This document shows, piece after piece, positions 51,685 to 64,000 of a stretch of DNA of 64,000 nt; position 1 is the stretch's first letter, and each line of letters opens with the position of its first letter. The notes under the pieces were generated by a model, which saw nothing but the letters and a program-made list of their open reading frames with translations, had not been told where the DNA came from and ran no database searches. Made by a program: the position numbers and the translations under genes. The stretch is from Azolla caroliniana (taxonomy: Eukaryota > Plantae > Polypodiophyta), in NCBI GenBank assembly GCA_043228905.1, contig JBHGNT010000020.1, forward strand, positions 11,408,001 to 11,472,000, read 5' to 3'.

Positions 51685-54600
51685 TGTTGGGAGACAGGTC
51701 CCTCCGGATCGGAAGGGAGAAGAACAATGCTGATGAACAAAGGCCGAGGCCGAAATCGGACAAGGAGTACCCAGCTACGGAGGACCGGATGGTGCAGACC
51801 CGGTGAGAACCGGATGAGGAGTACCCGGCTACGGAGAGTTGGATGGTGCAGACCCGGTGAGAACCGGATGAGGAGTACCCGGCTACGGAGAGCCGGATGG
51901 TGCAGACCCGGTGAGAACCGGATGAGGAGTACCCGGCTACGGAGAGCCGGATGTTGCAGACCCGGTGAGAACCGAATGAAGAGACATATTCGTAAATATG
52001 TTTCTGAGAGTCCATCGTGGCTATATTTGTAAATAGACGAAAAGTCATATTGGTATAAATATGACTTAGGGCAAACTTATAGTTACTGTTGTTGTTATTC
52101 TTGTCTGCGCGAGATTAGAGCGCGTAACTGTGTACAGAGAGAGAGAGAGAGTGAGAGGAAGAGGTCGCTGCCTCTGTTGTAACCGCCGCGTGTGGCGAAG
52201 ATCGTGAGCACGAGGTCGTTGCCTCCATGAACTCACTGTTGTACATTCTAGCATAGTGATAGTTTGCAGCCTGTGGGCTGCCGTGGTTTTTTCCCTAGTT
52301 TGGGTTTTCCACGTAAACATCCTGTGTACTCTTCTCTTGTTTGTGTCGTGCGATTTATTCCCATTCTCTATGTATGATTCTAAGCTCGGTTGTGGCCGAG
52401 CGGTGCGTATAAGGAGCGTTGAGTTCCCGTCAAGTGGTATCAGAGCGAAACGACACAGAAAATGGATGAATCGTTTGGCGGCATGTTCAAGCTCACCGGC
52501 TCCAACTATTCAGTGTGGAAGTCGAAGATGAGGGACATGCTTGTGGTTAAAGACCTCTGGCTGCCGGTTCAGTTCGGGGACAAGAGACCGGACAAAATCG
52601 ATGCCGCGATATGGGAGGTGATGCATATGAAGACAACGGCGTACATACGGTGCTTCATCGACATGAGCCTGTACAACAACTTCAATGAGGAGAGCAAGGC
52701 TGATGAGCTCTGGGAGAAGATCGGCATAATGTTTCAAAACAAAAATGCTGTTAATCAGGTTTCGGTATTCCGGAAGCTAGTAAGACTCCGGTACCAAGAT
52801 GGCTCCAGCATGGCGGAGCACATGAATGCCTTCCAGGCGCTGATACACCAGGCGACATCATTGGAAGTACCTCTCACCGACGAGGTACTAGCGCTACTCC
52901 TGCTCGGTTCCCTCCCGGATAGCTGGGAGACGTTGGTTGTCACTTTGGGCAACGCCGGGCCGGAAGGAAAGCGGTTATCCCTAGCAAGAGTAAAGTCGAG
53001 CTTGCTAGATGAGGAGGCGCGTCGGAAAGATAAAGATACGAGCTCTGACTCCAAAGCGCTCGTTACCGAATCGGAATGCGGAAGACATAGAAACCGTAGT
53101 CCCCAGAACCGGGAGAAATCGGGGACACGGTCAAAGTCAAGGGGGAGGCCCACTTGCTTCTATTGCGGCAAGCCGGGACACTTCCAAAAGAATTGTCGGC
53201 ATTTCCGTAAAGGCAAGGAAACCGACGGTACCGATTCGAAGGAGACGTGTGGCTGTCAACACCAACCGGATGCAAGTTGCTGCTGAAGGATGTCTGACAC
53301 GTTCCGGAGGTTCGTCTGAACCTGATATCAGCTGGTTGGCTAGATGATGAAGGCTACATGGGTAGCATCCGGAACGGTGTCATGAAGTTCAACAAAGGGA
53401 GCCTGATTGTGGCTCGGGCCCGGAAGGTCAACACACTGTACCTGATGAATGCCCGGTTATGTCTGGAAGAAGTGAATGTGGCATCCGACACTGCTGGTGA
53501 GCTGTGGCACAAGAGACTGTGTCATATGAGCGAGAAGGGGACGAAGAGGCTTGCAGACGACAACCTCATTCCAGTGAAGAACGTGCACTTGGAGAAGTGC
53601 ACTGTTTGTCTGGCCGGTAAGCAAAACCGGACCTCCTTCCGACCAAGGCCACCGATGAGACATAATGCACCACTGGAGTTGGTGCATACGGATGTGTGTC
53701 AGGTAGACACGAAGTCACATGCCGGAGCGCAGTACTTCGTGACGTTCATAGATGACCACAACCGGAAGCTGTGGGCCACACCGTTGAAGACGAAGGATTA
53801 GGTGCTATCCGTCTTCAAAGAGCTGCACGCGAGAGTGGAAAGAGAAACCGGCCGGAAACTGAAGGCGGTTCGAGTAGATAACGGAGGAGAATACTGGGGG
53901 CAGTTCGAGGAGTACTACCGCTCGAAGGGAATCCGACTCGAATTTACTGTGCCAAAGACGCCGGAACTAAACGGACTGGCCGAGAGGATGAACCGGACCA
54001 TAATGGAGAGGGTCCGCAGTATGCTAGCGCATGCAAAACTACCCAAGAAGTGTTGGGCTCAGGCACTGTCGACGGCGACATATGTGATAAATAGATCACC
54101 CTCAGTACCCTTGGACGGAGACATGCCATAGAGAGTCTGGACCGGTAAGGAAGTGTCCTATCGGCATCTGAAGGTGTTCGGTTGTCTCGCGTATGTGCAT
54201 GTAGCTAAGGTCTGGAGAGGAAAGTTAGATCCAAAGACCCGGCCATGCATATTCCTCGGTTACGGTGATGATGAGTTCGGCTACCGAGTGTGGGACCCGG
54301 TCGACAAGAAGGTATTCCGGAGTCGAGATATTATCTTCATGGAGGACAAGACGCTCGTCGACTGGGAGTCGGAGAAGAAGATAATGAACTCCGAGTCGAC
54401 CAGTAAGGATAGATTCTACGATGAGCAGACCCAACCGGCAAGAGATCGGTTAGCACTCGAGGAACCAGCCGGTTACGGTGAGGATACCGAACTGGCAGAA
54501 GAAGAAGTAGAGGAAGCTGAGACCGAAACCGGCCTAGACCCCGAATCGGATTCGGATGAAGAGCAAATGGAGGAGTCGGCTACCGAAGCCCAAAGATGGA

Positions 54601-57005
54601 GATATCCTCTCAGAGAGAGAAGGCCCCCCAGGAGATTTCCGGATGTAGAGCATGTGCTGCTGACCGATGAGGGGGAGCCGGAAAGCTTCGAAGAAGCGAA
54701 GGATGACACCCATAGCCGCAAATGGTTAAGTGCCATGCAGGATGAGATGGATTCCCTGCATGAGAACCATACGTACGAATTGGTGGAGTTGCCGAAAGGA
54801 AAGCGGGCACTCCGAAACAAGTGGGTGTACAAGTTGAAACCGGGAGATGTCGGCAACCCCCCGAGATACAAAGCCAGGATCGTGGTGAAGGGGTTCCAAC
54901 AGAAGAAGGGCGTGGACTTCGACGAGATATTTACGCTGGTAGTAAAGATGACCTCCATCCGGACGGTGCTGAGTATAGCGGCAAGCATGGACCTCGAGGT
55001 AGAACAGCTGGACGTGAAGACGGCATTCCTTCACGGCGACCTCGAAGAGGAGATCTACATGCAGCAACCGGAGGGATTTGTGGAGAAAGGGAAGGAGCAC
55101 CTGGTATGCCGGTTGAAGAAAAGCCTCTACGGGTTGAAGCAGGCCTCCCGGCAATGGTACCGGAAGTTCGACTCCTTCATGGCCGATCAAGGGTACCACA
55201 AGACGCAGGCTGATCACTACGTGTTTGTGAAGAAGTTTGAAGGAGGCGACTTCCTGATACTCCTTCTGTACGTGGATGACATGTTGATCATCGGACGGGA
55301 CCAAGCCAAAATACGAATGCTGAAGAAGGCCCTCAACCGGACCTTCTCAATGAAAGACTTGGGTCCGGCAAGACAGATGCTGGGGATGCATATTATCCGG
55401 CACCGGTCAGTGAATGAATTATGGCTGTCACAGGTAAAGTACGTGACAAAGGTGCTTCACCGGTTCAACATGTCATATGCGAAACCGGTCGGATCGACAC
55501 TTCCGGCAAACTGCAGGCCATCCGGTAAGCAAAGCCCGAAGACGAAAGGAGAGAAGGCAGATATGATGAAGATTCCATATGCCTCTGCCGTCGGGAGCTT
55601 GATGTACGCAATGGTGTGTACCCGACCGGATATAGGATACGTAGTCGGAGTGGTGAGCCGGTTCATGAGCAATCCCGGCAAGGAGCACTAGAACGCGGTC
55701 AAATGGATACTCCGGTATTTGAAGGGCACTCCAAATATGTGTCTCCGATTCGGCTCCGGAAAACCTGAACTGGACGGCTTCACCGATTCGGACATGTCGG
55801 CTGATGTGGATACCAACCGGTCTACATCCGGGTATGTAATGACATATGCAGGGGGAGCTGTTTCGTGGCAGTCGAGGCTGCAGAAGATGGTTGCATTGTC
55901 AACCACGGAGGCGGAGTACATGGCGGCTGTGGAAGCCGGCAAGGAAATATTATGGATGAAGGACTTCATCGGAGAGCTCGGTATCCGGCAAGAGGAATAC
56001 TGGCTCTATTGCGACAGTCAAAGTGCCATCCACCTTGCTAAGAATGCGGCCTACCATTCCCGGACGAAGCATATCCAGTGAAGATATCACTGGATCCGGG
56101 AAAGAGTAGATGACCAGGAGTTCGCGCTGATGAAGATCCACACGGCCGAGAACGGGTCAGATATGCTGACCAAAGTGCTGATACCCGACAAGCTGGATGC
56201 ATGCCGGAAGAGAATCAGACTAGTAAGACACCCCATGCCGGAGTGAAGGGGGAGTTTGTTGGGAGACAGGTCCCTCCGGATGGGAAGGGAGAAGAGCAAT
56301 GCCGATGAACAAAGGCCGAGGCCGAAATCGAACCAGGAGTACCCGGCTACGGAGGACCGGATGGTGAAGACCCAGTGAGAACCGGATGAGGAGTACCCGG
56401 CTACGGAGAGCCGGATGGTGCAGACCCGGTGAGAACCGGATGAGGAGTACCCGGCTACGGAGAGCCGGATGGTGCAGACCCGGTGAGAACCGGATGTGGA
56501 GTACCCGGCTACGAAGAGCCGGATGTTGCAGACCCGGTGAGAACCGAATGAAGAGACATATTCGTAATTATGTTTTTGAGAGTTCATCGTGGCTATATTT
56601 GTAAATAGCCGAAAAGTCATATTGGTATAAATATGACTTAGGGCAAACTTATAGTTACTGTTGTTGTTATTCTTGTCTGCGCGAGATTAGAGCGCGTAAC
56701 TGTGTACAGAGAGAGAGAGAGAGTGAGAGGAAGAGGTCGCTGCCTCTGTTGTAACCACCGCCTGTGGCGAAGATCGTGAGCACGAGGTCGTTGCCTCCGT
56801 GAACTCACTGTTGTACATTCTAGCATAGTGATAGTTTGCAGCCTGTGGGCTGCCATGGTTTTTTCCCTAGTTTGGGTTTTCCACGTAAACATCCTGTGTA
56901 CTCTTCTCTTGTTTGTGTCGTGCGATTTATTCCCATTCTCTGTGTATGATTCTAAGCTCGGTTGTGGCCGAGCGGTGCGTATAAGGAGCGTTGTAGTTCC
57001 CGTCA
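51685..57005 (+). mobile_element. Full-length but defective Ty1/copia element, copy 2; LTRs 51685-52432 and 56257-57005; TSD CATCC
   Basis: CATCC at 51680-51684 and 57006-57010. PBS TGGTATCAGAGC (tRNA-iMet) at 52435-52446. Gag ATG at 52462; integrase, RT and RNase H present. ~260-bp deletion covering the protease active site near 53240, and several in-frame stops. Confidence 0.97.
51765..51975 (+). repeat. 54-bp tandem array (4 units) in the copia LTR U3; also at ~56337-56547 (4 units) and 63445-63768 (6 units, - strand)
   Basis: Unit GAGTACCCGGCTACGGAGAGCCGGATGGTGCAGACCCGGTGAGAACCGGATGAG; appears as 18-aa repeats in the ORF track. Confidence 0.95.
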
Positions 57006-59458
57006 CATCCTTTGTTCTTTCGCCAACACCTCCATTTTCTTTGCCAATTCCGTCCGCACTTCCTTCAATTTCTCTTGCTGCGATCAAAATCTGACCCCAG
57101 CTTCTTGTGTTCTACTTCAAGCTGCTTGTGGGCCTGGTGTAGCTTTTCGAAATCGTTCATTTTCTACTTTGGTCGTCGGTTTAATTGGGTGTGCTCGTTC
57201 CACTCTCCTTCTGTTGCCGGGTTTTTTCTTTTAGCCATTCTATTTCGGTTTCCACCATTGTTCGTCATCCATTCAGTCATCCACATTGGATACCTACTCT
57301 CCTAACCACTTTAACAACTGGCAGTAGGTTCCGTGTTGTGTTAGGGTAGCAAACTGTTGCACTGGCTCTGGTTCCGATCGTGCTCTTCCCTAAGCCATTG
57401 GATCAATGGTTCGTCCTCCGATGTCCGCTCCGGACGACGTTCCTTGTGTTGTTGCGCTTGAAGGCCCGGTGAGGTAAATTGTTCTGTAACCGGTTCCTAT
57501 TGAACTGTTGTCATCGCTTCTAGTCTTTTTACCAGTTCTTCCTCCGTCCTAGGTTCCACCACCGCTGGGGCTTCGAGGTACTGTCCTGCTCCGGACCCGA
57601 TCCTTCCCCATGCTGCTCATTGTCTCGCATCCTTGGGCGACGTTGAAGGGTTTCGGTTGGTTCTTCTTCAACCTCTTCCTCCGTGGTTTCCTGGTTCACC
57701 CTCTGGACCAGGTCGTCCGTGCCCCTGTCATGCCGGCGCAGCTTGATTTTAATTGGTTTAGCCGGTTTCTCCGAAACTGGCTCCATCAGCTCCTATCTCT
57801 GGGTCGTTTGTACTTCTTCCTACTGAGATGAGTCCCTTATTGTCCATTCGGGGTGTGCTTTGATAGGAGTTGCTGCCGTTTGGATGACTTATTCAGTGTG
57901 ATTTCCGACCGGGCTCACTTCTTCGGCTTGATGGCGCGTGTTGGGGGTACCAATAATGTTAGCCATTGTGCTAACCCGCACCATGCTTTCTTCCCATCAA
58001 CTACGGACACGATGCGTATCTGTAGAGAGTCGGCTATAATTACCGGCCAGTCCACCCTGAGGCCATCGAATGTTGCTATGATGAATCTGGCCCTATCCTT
58101 TGGCATGGTTAGGGATACACAAATTCGTATTCCAATTAAATGTGAGCCACCTCCCTAAAAAGGGGATCCTTGCTGCCCTGTGTTTGGTACAATTTGCTAG
58201 CGATGGAGTATTCCCCGAACTATTCGGTCAGGATGTTTGTGGAGGGGTTTTCGATGGAACACAGTCCTCCGACAAGCAATCCGACGAGAGCCTGCATCGT
58301 GCCTTTGGATATTTCATTGAGGTCGATTGTTGATGCGACCTTCCCCGGTTCTTCGTGTGGTGGTGCATTTGCTACCCAGAGGAATCCTTCTAGGCTGTGC
58401 TTGTTGAGCCAGTCTCTGGTAGCGGCCGAGAGCGCCATTGGTCCTATATCTTCTTCTTTGTCTTACGAAGTTGCTGGTGAATGCTTGGGCTCTATTGATT
58501 GCATGTGTGCTCTGTTATGCTCTCAAGATCTTGCGTTCTCGAAATGAGACTCCTTCGTTCGTTTCGAAGTTTTGTGGCCCCATCTTTCGTCGTCGCCTCT
58601 TCTTGATTCCCGCGCATGCATGTCGTGTACAATAATAGCATTATGATTCCGCATGGTGCGCTTTAAATGGGCTGATGTCACACTTTTTCATTGTGGCCAT
58701 TCAAAATTTCGAATAGTTTCTCTTTATATATATATATATATATATATATATTTCCCGCGCATGCAACTTTTGCATGATGATCTCTTTTTCTTCTTTTTTT
58801 CTTTCGTACAGCCTGAAGTACCTCGTCGTACCAAGTGCCGTTAGGTCATTCTTTGGTGTCTGGTTGGACCGGCTCCATTGTCGACGGAAGTTCACCAGTC
58901 ACTACGTATCGCCGGTTTGCTGGTTCTACCGTTCCTCCGGTTCTTGGAATGGGTTTTCCGGCATTGGTCCTTTGTACGGTTTAGCTGGAACCCGTTAACC
59001 CATTTTTTCAGTATCTCACCAACCAGCATGCCAAGTTGGTAAGACCCGTTGAACTCCCTTGTAATCCAGAATGGTTCAGTCCACCGGAATCGCAGATTCC
59101 CCGACATGCTGTGCATCTGGGTTTGGAATACCAATACCAGCCTTCTGATGCCAAATTCCTTCTCATTGTCGCGCCTATGCCGGTCCACGAAAGCTTTCCT
59201 TCACCTTTGTTGCACCTCCAATTGCAACAAGCTAGCTATCCAATGTTCCTCTAATTCGCACAGTGTCGCCAACTGTATCTTTTCAGACTCCATTTCACTC
59301 AATCGCTCCCGAACCTAGATTCGTAAGCTGGGGATCTGGAACTCCATAGGCATGATGGCCTCTAGCCCAAATGCCACTTGGAACGGTGTCGTCCAGATAC
59401 TCGTTTTATACGCCGTCCGATAAGCTCATAATGCGTTGTATAATTTGGTGTCCCAATC

Positions 59459-59772
59459 TGTTAACCGTAAGAATATACGGGGAGGCATAAGGGTATGTGT
59501 AATGATGTGGTTGTTGTGTATGTGTAAAGTAAATGAGTGTGTGAGGATGAATATGTGTATGGACACATGCACAATTATGTGCATGTGTACAAGAATGTGT
59601 AACTATCTTATTTATAACGGTCATGTAACCGTTACATTGGATGTATTATACATTTTCCCCCCTCTCATTTTGTGTCATTCTCTATTTTCTTTATTTCTCT
59701 CTTTCCCTCACATGTAACCCCCTTGGGAGGGGGGTGAAGCCATTCTAGGCTTCACCCCCCACCCCAACAACA
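59459..59772. mobile_element. Solo LTR (314 bp) with 5-bp TSD CAATC, inside the gypsy integrase
   Basis: TGTTAACC...CAACAACA flanked by CAATC at 59454-59458 and 59773-59777; integrase sequence resumes on both sides. Confidence 0.9.
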
Positions 59773-60290
59773 CAATCCACCCGGTTTTCATTTACAATTT
59801 TCCGGAGAATGTTCTAGAACGTCTTGTTCGTTGATTCCGCCAATCCGTTCGCCTGTGGGTAGTATGGCGTATTGCGTTTATGAACTACCACATTGAATGT
59901 TGTTAGGATTTCCACAATGTGCTCGAGGAAATGTTCTCCCTGGTCGCTGATTAGCTCGATCGGACATCCGTACTGGCACCATATATACTCATACAAAAAT
60001 TTCATTGTCGATGTCGCGGTGTTGTCCTAGAGAGCTTTTGCTTCCACCCATTTTGTACAATAGTCAATGGCTACAATGATCCGGTTTCCTATGCGCATTG
60101 CCGGTGGCGTAAATGGTTCCACGAAGTCTAGCCCCCACTTTTGAAATGGTTCTAATGGCAACACCGGTTGATGGGGCATCCGAACCTATTCTGTTGGGTG
60201 GCCCAACCATTGGCAAAGATCGCACTCTTTACAATACCGGACGACATCCTTGAGGGTTGTTGGCCACCATAACCCGCTGCGCCAGATTTA

Positions 60291-60510
60291 ACAAGAACTC
60301 AATGCCCTGCATTAAGTTCCCATTGAAAGCAACACTCATTCAACGAGAACTCGATGCAGTGGTTGAAAGAGGGTGGCGTTCAACGAGAACTCAATGCAGT
60401 GCATCAAGCTCTTGTTGAATGTGTGTTGCTTTCAACGGGAACTCAATGCAGTGCATCAAGTTCTCGTTGAATGAGTGTTGCTTTCAACGGGAACTCGAGT
60501 TCTCGTTGGA
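60291..60510. repeat. Cluster of direct and inverted ~45-bp repeats (possible DNA-transposon subterminal region)
   Basis: AGTTCCCATTGAAAGCAACACTCATTCAACGAGAACTCGATGCA (60315-60358) is the near-perfect reverse complement of ~60452-60495, with a further copy at ~60401-60444. Confidence 0.75.
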
Positions 60511-60730
60511 GGAAAATTTTAGGATTGATATACTATAAATAGTAACTTTTTTGCTATTTTATTACCGATTTCTTACGTGTTTTTTATACAAGTTTACATT
60601 TAAATTTGAGTGTTTTTCTACTAATTTTGATCAACTTTACCTTTGTTATAAGGTTTAAAGTGTTTATTTTTAAGAATATGTTTATATCATTGTGTTTTAA
60701 CTTGTTGTTTTCAGTGAACCGCGTAAGAAG

Positions 60731-62073
60731 GTGCCATCTTTCAAATTGAAGATTCCTTCCCCAACCAAACATGTTGACCACATGCATAAGCAAGAATCTC
60801 GGAAAACTCTGATTGACTCGGGAGGTGATGGGACCTCCAAGTCTTCGGGCAGAAATACGATCATGAAGACTTTAGCTGAAAAGACTAGGGAGCCTCGCCT
60901 CAAGACCTACCACCTTGTGGAATGGACAATGATCTATTCCAAGGAAGAAGGGGATTTGCTCCTCATACTTGCAAAATCCGAAGGGGGAGGAAAGCTTCAA
61001 GTGGGAAAGACTTTCAACTATGAGCAAATAAAGAACGTAGAATATGAGGACAATGACTCATCAAACCTGCTTTTACATGTTGATAGCTCAATGGGGATGC
61101 AAAGAGTTGTGGTTGATGAAGGCAATTTTATAACAGACTCCTGCCACCCCAAAGCCTTAAAGAAAGATGTACAAATAAAAAACAATTTGATTGTTGCTTT
61201 GCGCCCGTATATCAAAGGAGAACTCATGGTCGCGCAAGCATGCACCCCACCGAAGTCTGCCAAAATAGGAAAAGTAGAACACAAGAAGTACAAGAAACGA
61301 CAACATCCTGAGGAGGACGAGCCCAAAGTACTCGAGTTCGAGGAAGATACACTACTCGAAGTAATTCCTCCAGGTGGCCAGAATGCCTCGAGAATCCTCA
61401 CCTCAAAGCAAAATCGGATTCGAGAAAATATTGTAAAGACGAAGCTTGTCTGTAAGGGACAACTATTTCATTTACCGATTTGTTCTATTCAGAGGCCACC
61501 AATTGGTCCGGAAACAAGACGAAGAGCTCTAGAGATAAAAGAGCCACATTCAGTGCATGTGCACAATTTGAAAAGAAAAATGAAGATAAATCCACATGCT
61601 ATTGTAGTGCCATTCTTAGTAATGGTAGATCAAGATTAGTGTCGAACTGTAGTTGACTTCAAGTATAGTTCAGCTGATGATTACACATACTACGTGATTG
61701 GAGGATCCCACTCTGCTTAAGCCCGACGTCAACTTGTGAAGGAGTATCCTCTTACCTCGTTCTTCAAATATGCAGAATGTAAAGTGTATGTTGGGTTTAC
61801 ACATGAAGAAGCCAAGTTGCTAGCTTGGGACCACAATAATGATAATGACTATAGAAAGAAGATGCCATGTATAGAGCGCACCAGACCACAATAATGATAA
61901 TGACTATAGAAAGAAGATGTGATGTATAGAGCGCACCAGGTTCTTTCGTCACGAGTACGTTGATGCTTTGCAAAAAATTGGTCCTAGGCTGCATCCTGGA
62001 TTGCGACGACAATGTCTGCTTGAAGTGGTGATAGTAGTTGACGAAAGCACAAAGTCTGAAGGCTTGAGGAAGT
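60731..62073 (+). pseudogene. Decayed ORF with a ParB/Srx-like domain, truncated by an LTR insertion
   Basis: The 302-aa ORF continues in frame through two stops into YYVIGGSHSA*ARRQL...CKVYVGFTHEEAKLLAWDHN. A 55-bp tandem duplication (61830-61939) shifts the frame. Confidence 0.55.
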
Positions 62074-62935
62074 TGTCGAATACAAATGTATAATGGACGT
62101 ATTCACACTATCCTCTTAGAGAGCCCAAGTTCGGGCTATTTCTGTAAATAACATAAAGGGCAGTTGCCCTAAGTGAGTCACTATATAAAGTGACCTTCTA
62201 ACCTTTTGTAAAGGTTGGTTGTTCATTGTTGTAACGGTTGCCCTTTAATGAATATAGACATATTCTTTGTGCCTCTCTCTCTCTCTCTCAATCTACGTAT
62301 TCTGTTCTTCCTTCTCTCATACGCAGGTAATTTATTCCTCATCGATTCAGAATGTTGTGATCTCTTCCGCACTGACGGCCTTGTCCATTTCCTGCATTTG
62401 GTATCAGAGCTTGGATGTCCTTCATCCCGCTGCCGGCTGCCATACGAATCTTTGGATCACAACATTCTGTTTTTTTTTGTTTTGTATTTTGAGGAAACAA
62501 AGAAGAAGAAAAACGATGCTTGCATCTCATCGCGTAAGATCATCTTCGCTTGGAGTAAGCCAGCCGGCTGTACTCTGTTCCTCGTGATCGTAACCGCTCG
62601 AGGTGAAATCCCCTTGTGCAACATTGACACGATCGTGCTCCACTCGGTTAAACGGCATCCGAACAGGTCACCGAACGCTGCTCGCCGCCCGTTGTAACCA
62701 CTCGGTGCAGATCAGTCTCAAGACAACAATCCCAATTCGTGCTTCATCCGGCTGATCGACATTCGGGAGGATCAATTGGATCCGTCTCTCTCGTCGCTGC
62801 AGTCACCCGAAGCAGAATTGGTCTAGACAATCGGTTTCAATAATCGGTATTTGGCATATATATTCGGAAGCGATCCGGGCTCACTCCGACTCGGCAACAT
62901 TCGGGAAGACCAGTCGGCTCTGTCCCTCAAGTTAC
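62074..62935 (+). mobile_element. 5' LTR (62074-62396), tRNA-iMet PBS and leader of another LTR retrotransposon
   Basis: TGTCGAA...CCTGCA followed by TGGTATCAGAGC at 62399-62410. TATA-like CTATATAAAG near 62181. Interrupted by copia copy 3. Confidence 0.8.
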
Positions 62936-64000
62936 TGATGGGAACTAAAACACTCCTTCTACACGACGCTCGGCCACACCCGAGCTTAGAATCATACACA
63001 GAAAACGGGAAATAATGAACGACACGAAGAAGAGACGAGTACGCAGGATGTTTACGTGGAAAACCCAAACTAAGAGGGAAAAACCATGGCAGCCCACAGG
63101 CTGCAAACTATCACTATGTTAAAACGTACAACTGTGAGTTCACGGAGGCAACGACCTCGTGCTCACGATCCTCGCCACAGGCGGCGGTTACAACAGAGGC
63201 AACAACCTCTTTCTCTCTCTCTCTCTCTATACACAGTTACACGCTCTCTCTCTCCTTGCACCAACGAGAATGACAACAACACTATAAAAGTTTGTCCTAA
63301 GTCATATTTATACTAATATGACTTTTCGGCTATTTACAAATATAGCCACGATGGACTCTCAGAAACATATTTACAAATATGTCTCTTCATCTGGAGAGCG
63401 CTCCTTATCGAGCCTGCATCATCCGGATCTTGCCGGGCACTCGTCATCCAGTTCTCACCGGGTCTGCACCATCCGGCTCTCCGTAGCCGGGTACTCCTCA
63501 TACGGTTATCACCGGGTCTGCACCATCCGGCTCTCCGCAGCCGGGTACTCCTCATCCGGTTATCATCGGGTCTGCAACATCCGGCTCTCCGTAGCCGGGT
63601 ACTCCTCATCCGGTTATCACCGGGTCTGCAACATCCGGCTCTCTGTAACCGGGTACTCCTCATCCGGTTATCACCGGGTCTGCACCATCCGGCTCTCCGT
63701 AGCTAGGTACTCCCCATTCAGTTCTCACCGGGTCTGCACCATCCGGCTCTCCGTAGCTGGGTACTCCTCATCCGGTTTTGGCCTCGGCCGAGTTTGCTTA
63801 TCAGCACTGTTCTTCTCCCTTCCCATCCGGAGGGACCTGTCTCCCAACAAACTCCCCCTTCACTCCGGCATGGGGTGTCTTACTAGTCCGATCCTCTTTC
63901 GGCATGCATCCAGCTTGTCGGGTATCAGCACTTTGGTCAACATATTTGACCCGTTCTCAACCGTGTGGATCTTCGTCAGTGCGAACTCCTGGTCATCTAC
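62936..64000 (-). mobile_element. Ty1/copia copy 3: 3' LTR 62936-63849, PPT and end of RNase H (runs off the window)
   Basis: Reverse-complement match to the pol end, PPT and LTR of copies 1 and 2. Confidence 0.95.

Larger units (their letters stand above)
50870..60288 (-). mobile_element. Tat/Athila-like gypsy remnant: integrase (~58.9-60.3 kb) plus a downstream extra ORF (~57.0-58.5 and ~51.1-51.7 kb), split by copia copy 2 and a solo LTR
   Basis: Integrase core (YGCPIELISDQGEHF, YYPQANGLAESTNK) and GPY/F-like C-terminus (LRFRWTEPFWI...SYQL). Same-strand extra ORF fragments (ATFDGLRVDWPVIIADSL; coiled coil). Outer boundaries approximate. Confidence 0.75.

Noticed and set aside
51765-51975. 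54-bp repeats as a CRISPR array or repeat protein (MRSTRLRRAGWCRPGENR)n
   Set aside because: Head-to-tail units with no unique spacers, lying inside copia LTRs. The peptide repeats arise only because 54 is a multiple of 3.
51194-52048. 284-aa ORF as a real gene
   Set aside because: Chimera of antisense copia LTR and the interrupted gypsy extra ORF; it crosses the insertion junction at 51685.

Overview
Eukaryotic nuclear DNA from a land plant. The TE families and gene content suggest a non-seed plant such as a fern, but the species cannot be fixed from sequence. Four host genes lie in 12-39 kb: a spliced LPEAT-type lysophospholipid acyltransferase (+), an intronless plastid PPR gene (-), an intronless gene with the STAT-like/CudA-type domain of plant SH2 proteins but no SH2 domain (+), and an intronless F-box/LRR gene (-). 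They are surrounded by nested retroelements: three copies of one CCGG-rich Ty1/copia family (one full length with a CATCC TSD), Tat/Athila-like and chromovirus Ty3/gypsy remnants, a tRNA-Trp-primed gypsy family (a gag-pol copy and a gag-only derivative), solo LTRs, an L1 LINE and a hAT-type MITE. The most notable signal is a tRNA-like A-box/B-box module in the U3 end of six LTRs from at least two gypsy lineages, antisense to the element wherever orientation can be fixed. Also notable are a slippery site plus pseudoknot at a gypsy gag/pol junction and a decayed ParB/Srx-like ORF at 60.7-62.1 kb. All family assignments come from motif recognition, not database searches.
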